Assembly (NCBI GenBank): GCA_965287045.1
Contig: OZ336872.1
Coordinates: 137,268,001-137,332,000 of the forward strand
Source: Carcharhinus amblyrhynchos
Lineage: Eukaryota
Reading direction: 5' to 3'
Length of the DNA stretch: 64,000 nucleotides
How positions within the stretch are numbered: the first letter of the stretch is position 1; every line of letters begins with the position of its first letter. Under the pieces are notes generated by a model. The model was given only the letters and a program-made list of their open reading frames with translations, was not told the DNA's origin and made no database searches. This document shows, piece after piece, positions 62,301 to 64,000 of this stretch. The position numbers and the translations under genes are program-made.

Positions 62301-62361
62301 GTGGACCCCAGAGTATTCCAGACATCTCCGAGTGGCAGTGAAGAAGAGTCATCAGCAGCGG
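5184..62361 (+). CDS. TNIK: Partial multi-exon gene (span incl. introns): TNIK-like MSN/GCK-IV Ste20 kinase, intermediate region; kinase and CNH exons outside window
   Basis: 12 exons with AG/GT boundaries and matching phases join into one frame colinear with TNIK ([20 protein letters not shown] ... [12 protein letters not shown] ... [10 protein letters not shown] ... [10 protein letters not shown] ... SNPDL ... [20 protein letters not shown] ... [10 protein letters not shown]). Orthology versus MINK1/NRK not proven. Confidence 0.85.
5641..6662. repeat. Minisatellite, 69-71 bp unit, about 15 copies
   Basis: Unit ctgtacctgtcctgggagtgtttgat(g)nacagtgtagagggagctttactctgtatctaacc(c/t)gtg; directly tandem, no spacers. 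Confidence 0.97.
8360..8551 (+). CDS. TNIK: TNIK-like exon, 192 nt, phase 0-0: [31 protein letters not shown]...DKPAWAKE
   Basis: ctgaaag|GAATAC...AAAGAG|gtaggc; manual translation (absent from ORF track) matches TNIK/MINK1. Confidence 0.95.
8930..9245. repeat. (CT)n microsatellite and polypyrimidine low-complexity tract
   Basis: Almost pure C/T; explains spurious Pro/Ser/Leu ORFs. Confidence 0.9.
9680..10405. repeat. Compound (CA)n / C-rich repeat with higher-order duplication
   Basis: (CA)n runs plus the repeated block catacccctcacccgccactcacacacccacacata. Confidence 0.9.
10136..10307. other. Assembly gap (172 N)
   Basis: Run of N inside the CA-rich repeat. Confidence 1.
11292..12710 (+). 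CDS. Candidate giant alternative exon of the kinase gene (Ser/Pro-rich, 472 aa to stop; or 430-aa cassette ending 12581)
   Basis: Track ORF 11481-12710 extends stop-free to acccag|GTACAG at 11292, in phase 0; non-repetitive sequence; in-frame donor CCA|gtgagt at 12581/12582. Confidence 0.65.
   Translation, partial: VQKRSLSNSPRRPPKQGTHSTKWPSSNDISDQHPAQQPARRQQKLHPGFLPSAPVNRRGSHQAVALQDSSVHTQAEGGQKTHAPLEDQSRQARSRGRLMAKQRLPQDLTFGFGPNGVVKKNVKSSVANPPARSDEYIFTFSESGVIKKRIKAAKPLANRFTAKPDGVVARVPNAPRIRVDPDFDLEDKWCNEGEARSLSADVSLSPTSPRSLSPEFPEDYLSRSSPASFLSGTQQFLAHRVNSAEGNFCLKVPAAAHFLSLKKMASAPDLSDFGSSSSVVPDSRNLSRSNSADLHSVRKPLCGSPIPGSFPYDDAFFSSSPCRSLESSHSCSFPNHYNTLMASAVHSSLEQLPLTPPRVMLDGSTLCPAPKEHAEEMRNVPVLRLEIESDDSSERRKYNPYPHNPMNGDCWTRPLSPDSPDISIFSQSCPVSSFHQFPLPGSPRSSRSASENSGVKLPTRCHRQSPEHRSFK
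13470..13740 (-). mobile_element. Deu-domain SINE (SacSINE1/AmnSINE-like) fragment
   Basis: Reverse complement of gtgggatcttgctgtgtgcaaattggttgcc core; further copies near 19375-19600(-), 28560-28720(+), 31560-31790(+), 52180-52350(+). Confidence 0.6.
14030..14345 (+). mobile_element. tRNA-derived SINE with LINE-derived tail (second family)
   Basis: Core gaatttgaattcaaaatctggaattaag...ggaaggaaatctgctgtccttacc, tail aaatgctggccagccagtgatgcccacatcccatgaa; copies at 4590-4800(-), 17250-17610(-), 29268-29608(+), 34395-34660(+), 46440-46735(-). Confidence 0.7.
14570..17060 (-). mobile_element. CR1-clade LINE, about 2.5 kb, 5'-truncated, ORF2 (endonuclease end + RT) broken by frameshifts
   Basis: ORF pieces [91 protein letters not shown]. 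Confidence 0.95.
18287..18601 (-). mobile_element. HE1-like V-SINE, tail type A
   Basis: Reverse complement of SINE head, core and gattctatg tail. Confidence 0.85.
20740..22595 (+). mobile_element. Decayed CR1/L2-group LINE (RT region to 3' end) interrupted by a SINE
   Basis: [32 protein letters not shown]; [23 protein letters not shown]; 3' tail ggatggacaataaatggcc. Confidence 0.88.
21128..21418 (-). mobile_element. HE1-like V-SINE, tail type B
   Basis: Reverse complement of head/core plus tail cagtaacttcattgcggtgttaatgtaagcc..actaataaataaataa. Confidence 0.85.
24397..24561 (+). CDS. TNIK: TNIK-like exon, 165 nt, phase 0-0: [18 protein letters not shown]...[11 protein letters not shown]
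   Basis: ttttag|GTG...CAG|gtagca; matches [22 protein letters not shown]. Confidence 0.95.
25590..25850 (+). CDS. TNIK: TNIK-like exon, 261 nt, phase 0-0: [12 protein letters not shown]...[11 protein letters not shown]...RQEEDIPPK
   Basis: Branch-like ctaat, gcgcag|GTC...AAG|gtaatc; conserved [11 protein letters not shown] and RQEEDIPPK. Confidence 0.93.
26580..26990 (+). mobile_element. CR1 LINE 3' fragment
   Basis: [40 protein letters not shown]. Confidence 0.8.
27245..27820 (+). mobile_element. CR1 LINE 3' fragment (same family as 14570-17060)
   Basis: gttgaagttgtacaagacattggtaaggccacacttggaatactgtgtgc closely matches the reverse complement of 15060-15120. Confidence 0.88.
28003..28288 (+). 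mobile_element. HE1-like V-SINE, tail type B
   Basis: Head, core and tail ...gtaagcctactttgtgactaataaataa. Confidence 0.85.
29729..29835 (+). CDS. TNIK: TNIK-like exon, 107 nt, phase 0-2: [20 protein letters not shown]...LIRA(S)
   Basis: acccag|GTT...GCAAG|gtaatg; manual translation matches [24 protein letters not shown]. Confidence 0.94.
29892..30180 (+). mobile_element. HE1-like V-SINE, tail type B
   Basis: ggtggcacagtggttggcactgctgcctcacagc...gtaagcctaataaataaac. Confidence 0.87.
30393..30945 (-). mobile_element. CR1 LINE 3' fragment
   Basis: [39 protein letters not shown]. Confidence 0.85.
32113..32288 (+). CDS. TNIK: TNIK-like exon, 176 nt, phase 2-1: [34 protein letters not shown]...NERNQIR
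   Basis: ccccag|TAATCCC...CGAG|gtaagg; matches TNIK SNPDL...[17 protein letters not shown]. Confidence 0.94.
32300..32705. repeat. G-rich minisatellite, about 38-bp unit
   Basis: Unit ggggattggagggggagtgggagaggggatgagggagt, about 9-10 partly truncated copies. Confidence 0.92.
33276..33552 (+). mobile_element. HE1-like V-SINE, tail type B
   Basis: Head, core and tail gtaagcctacctgtggcactaataaataaac. Confidence 0.85.
33701..33798 (+). CDS. TNIK: TNIK-like exon, 98 nt, phase 1-0: [32 protein letters not shown]
   Basis: ttgcag|GA...GCT|gtaagt; matches [14 protein letters not shown]...VKPEE...RPSRPA. Confidence 0.94.
34720..35140 (+). mobile_element. Old CR1 LINE 3' fragment
   Basis: [11 protein letters not shown]..; tail gatgggctgaatggcgtcctctgctgta. 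Confidence 0.65.
36502..36525 (+). CDS. TNIK: 24-nt microexon SYKKAIDE, phase 0-0
   Basis: ctaaccttgccttcctctcag|AGCTATAAGAAAGCAATAGATGAG|gttagt; identical to the alternative 8-aa insert of TNIK. Confidence 0.92.
37560..37890 (-). mobile_element. CR1 LINE 3' fragment
   Basis: [14 protein letters not shown]; same family as 58465-58950. Confidence 0.8.
38324..38367. repeat. (GT)n microsatellite
   Basis: About 20 GT units. Confidence 0.95.
40293..40566 (-). mobile_element. HE1-like V-SINE, tail type A
   Basis: Reverse complement of head/core/tail with an internal deletion. Confidence 0.8.
41918..42212 (+). mobile_element. HE1-like V-SINE, tail type B
   Basis: gggcagcacagtggttagcac...gtaagcctatttatgacactaataa. 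Confidence 0.87.
42666..42674 (+). CDS. Candidate 9-nt microexon AEM, phase 0-0
   Basis: tgtag|GCAGAAATG|gtaaga, upstream pyrimidine tract, flanking ACTAAY and three downstream TGCATG; same position as the GEV insert before DLTALAKE in MAP4K4 (recalled). Confidence 0.7.
43264..44147 (-). mobile_element. Probable solo LTR (884 bp) inserted in an older retroelement
   Basis: TG...CA termini; flanks GTGTC (43259-63) and GTGTT (44148-52); minus-strand TATAAAA (43577-83) upstream of AATAAA (43341-46). Confidence 0.6.
44715..45120 (+). mobile_element. LINE 3' fragment (family of 20740-22595)
   Basis: [13 protein letters not shown]..; tail caagggcaaccagggatgggcaataaatgctggcc. Confidence 0.75.
45478..45850 (+). 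mobile_element. Possible Gypsy-type LTR end + PBS + leader remnant
   Basis: agtaaa, then ...gacaca-c-TGGCGACGAG (45547-45556) followed by an A-rich leader; no pol motifs seen. Confidence 0.4.
46911..47243 (-). mobile_element. HE1-like V-SINE, tail type A
   Basis: Full-length reverse complement, close to the 413-745 copy. Confidence 0.87.
47590..47722 (+). mobile_element. Penelope-like terminal-repeat remnant
   Basis: ctcgaaacgttaa..ctctccacagatactgccagacctgctgag..tttcagatttccag; related copies 24215-24315(+) and 54692-54797(-). Confidence 0.55.
49270..49585 (+). mobile_element. Rex1/Babar-type LINE 3' fragment
   Basis: Closely matches 56460-56755 (caagaacagcttcttccctgctg; tail taaatcaaatcaaa). 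Confidence 0.75.
49818..50369 (-). mobile_element. Type B V-SINE (-) split by a nested type A V-SINE (+, 50008-50298)
   Basis: Host reads ...gacagtg | agtgacccaagccaggaatcgaacc across the insert; agtg duplicated at 50004-07 and 50299-302. Confidence 0.85.
50976..51178 (+). CDS. TNIK: TNIK-like exon, 203 nt, phase 0-2: [13 protein letters not shown]...[15 protein letters not shown]...[12 protein letters not shown]
   Basis: tcttag|GAC...ATAAT|gtgagt; strong TNIK match with acidic tract. Confidence 0.95.
52345..52730. repeat. CT-rich low-complexity tract
   Basis: About 380 nt of almost pure pyrimidine ending ~85 nt before exon 52814. Confidence 0.9.
52814..52949 (+). CDS. TNIK: TNIK-like exon, 136 nt, phase 2-0: [21 protein letters not shown]...GTLIIRE
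   Basis: ttgcag|GCCA...GAG|gtatgt; resembles TNIK PTGAPGSNEQYNVGMVG...GTLMIRE. Confidence 0.9.
55373..55672 (-). mobile_element. HE1-like V-SINE, tail type A
   Basis: tagaatcatagaatcc tail to cagtgctaaccactgtg head. Confidence 0.85.
56095..56757 (+). mobile_element. Rex1/Babar-clade LINE 3' fragment
   Basis: [41 protein letters not shown] and [32 protein letters not shown]. Confidence 0.85.
57229..57562 (-). mobile_element. HE1-like V-SINE (type A) inserted into a Deu-domain SINE (+, about 57125-57870)
   Basis: Host head ggctcagtgggcggcagtctcacctctgag before the insert, core/tail ttgctgtttgtgggag..aaagcgctatacaaattcaagtc after it. Confidence 0.82.
58113..58280 (+). CDS. TNIK: TNIK-like exon, 168 nt, phase 0-0: [32 protein letters not shown]...DSAAG
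   Basis: ctgcag|ACT...GGG|gtaggt; matches [36 protein letters not shown]. Confidence 0.94.
58465..58950 (-). mobile_element. CR1 LINE 3' fragment
   Basis: [46 protein letters not shown]. Confidence 0.88.
59380..59722 (+). mobile_element. HE1-like V-SINE, tail type A
   Basis: B box ccgggttcgattcg, V core, tail gcactgtagggattctatga. Confidence 0.83.
60509..61117. repeat. Minisatellite, 33-bp unit, about 18 copies
   Basis: Unit cagtgctgagggagtgccgcactgtcagagggt; produces spurious 11-aa repeat ORFs. Confidence 0.97.
61636..61938 (+). mobile_element. HE1-like V-SINE, tail type A
   Basis: gggtggcacggtgacacagtggtcagcactgc...gcactatagggattccatg. Confidence 0.83.
62259..62361 (+). CDS. TNIK: TNIK-like exon, 103 nt, phase 0-1: [34 protein letters not shown]
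   Basis: ttgcag|TAT...GCGG|gtaagc; matches [22 protein letters not shown]. Confidence 0.93.
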
Positions 62362-62539
62362 GTAAGCGGCAATGATGATCCCTGACCTTGGGGGTTATAA
62401 GTTTGTCAGGAAAGATTCACAGATTTCCACTTCCCAGAACAATGATGAGGTGTCGGTCTCGAGCGTTGACACGTTCACCTCTGTCAGAACATCTGGGGCT
62501 GAAGCCATACCCCTAAGCCATGGAGAATTTGACCAGTAA

Positions 62540-64000
62540 GAACCAGGTGGATGTGGTCTGTTTAGACTTTCAGAAGACTTTGATAAAGTCTCACACAGCT
62601 GATTGCTATGGAAAGTTAAAGCACATGGGATTGCAAGTAATGCCTTGAGATGGGTAGAAAGCTGGTTAGCACATTGGAAGAAGCAAAGTGTAGGCATAAA
62701 TGGGTCTTTTTCTGATTGGCAGTCAGTGACTAGTGGGGTTCGGCAGGGATCTGTGCTGGAACCCCAACAGTTCACATTCTCTATTAATGATTTGGAAGAG
62801 GGAGCTAAATATATCTCCAAATTTGAAGATGATACAAAGTTAGGTGGGAGAGTGAGCTGTGAGGAGGATGCAGAGATGATTTGAACAGGCCGAATGACTG
62901 GGCAAATGCGTGGCAGATGCAGCATAACGTGGATAAATGTGAGATTGTCCACTTTGGTCGCAAAAATAGATTATTATTTGAATGGATGTAAATCGGGGGA
63001 GGTCGATACTCAACGAGACCTTGGCATCGCTGTGCATCAGTTACTGAAAGTAAGTGTGCAGATACAGCAGGCAATAAAAGAAGGCAAACGGTATGTTGGT
63101 CCCCATAGCGAGATGATTTGAGTATGAGAACATAAGAAATAGGAGCAGGAGTAGGCCATCTAGCCCTTCGAGCCTGCCCCGCCATTCAGTAAGATCATGG
63201 CTGATCTGAAGTGGATCAGTTCCACTTTCCCGCTTTCTCCCCATAACCCTTCATTCCCCTGTCTATCAGAAACCTATCTACCCGTGACTTAAATATATTT
63301 AGCGAGGTAGCCTCCACCACTTCAACGGGCAGAGAATTCCAGAGATTCACCACCCTTTGAGTGAAGAAGTTCCTCCTCAACTCTGATCTAAACTGCCCCC
63401 CATAGAGTATAGGGATAGAGATGTTTTGCTTCGATTGTATAGGGCGTTGGTGAGGCCACACTTGGAGTATTGCGCACAATTTTAGTGTCCTTATCTGTTG
63501 AAGGATGCCCTTGCTATAGGGGATGTATATCAGAAGTTTACCAGGCTGATTCCTGGGATGGCAGGTCTGTCATATGAGGAGAGACTAAGTCGGTTAGGAT
63601 TATATTCACTGAAGTTTAGAAGAGTGAGGGAGAATCTCGTAGAAACTTACAGAATTCTAACAGGATTCGACAGAGTAAATTCCAACAGAATGTTCCTGAC
63701 GGTGGGGGAATCCAGAACGAGGGGTCATAGTTTAAGGATAAGTTTAAGGATAGTTTTAGGACTGAGGTGAGAAGAAATTATTTTCACCCAGAGAATGGTG
63801 AATGTGTGGAATTCACTACCACCGAATGTAGTTGAGGCTAAAATGTTGTGTGATTTCAAGAAGGAATTAGATATAGCTCCCGGGGCTAAAGGGATCAAGG
63901 GATATATGGGGGGAAGGGGGGATCAGGATATTGAATTTGATGATCACCCATGATCAAAATGAATGGTGGAGCAGGCTCGATGGGCTGAATGGCCTACTCC
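62540..64000 (+). mobile_element. Decayed CR1 LINE (RT to 3' end) with a nested antisense CR1 3' fragment (about 63128-63403)
   Basis: LWKVKAHGI..SDWQSVTSGVRQGSVL..SKFEDDTKLGG; GLSYEERLSRLGLYSL; insert encodes [17 protein letters not shown] on the - strand. Confidence 0.88.

Overview
Vertebrate genomic DNA, almost certainly shark/elasmobranch (HE1/V-SINE-type SINEs, Deu-domain SINEs, CR1, Rex1/Babar and Penelope-like remnants); nothing prokaryotic is present. The window is the middle of one + strand gene of the MSN/GCK-IV Ste20 kinase family, closest to TNIK. Twelve GT-AG exons with consistent phases encode the region between the kinase and CNH domains; both domains lie outside the window. 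The most notable item is a unique, stop-free 1.4-kb frame at 11292-12710, in phase with the flanking exons and starting VQKRS (cf. the canonical next exon VEERS); it may be a giant cassette or alternative terminal exon. Also notable are a hidden 9-nt microexon (AEM, 42666-42674) flanked by RBFOX/QKI motifs alongside the 24-nt SYKKAIDE microexon, and a candidate internal first exon at 38461-38649. The introns hold nested retroelements, a probable solo LTR, three minisatellites and one assembly gap. Human protein sequences used for comparison were recalled from memory, not searched.
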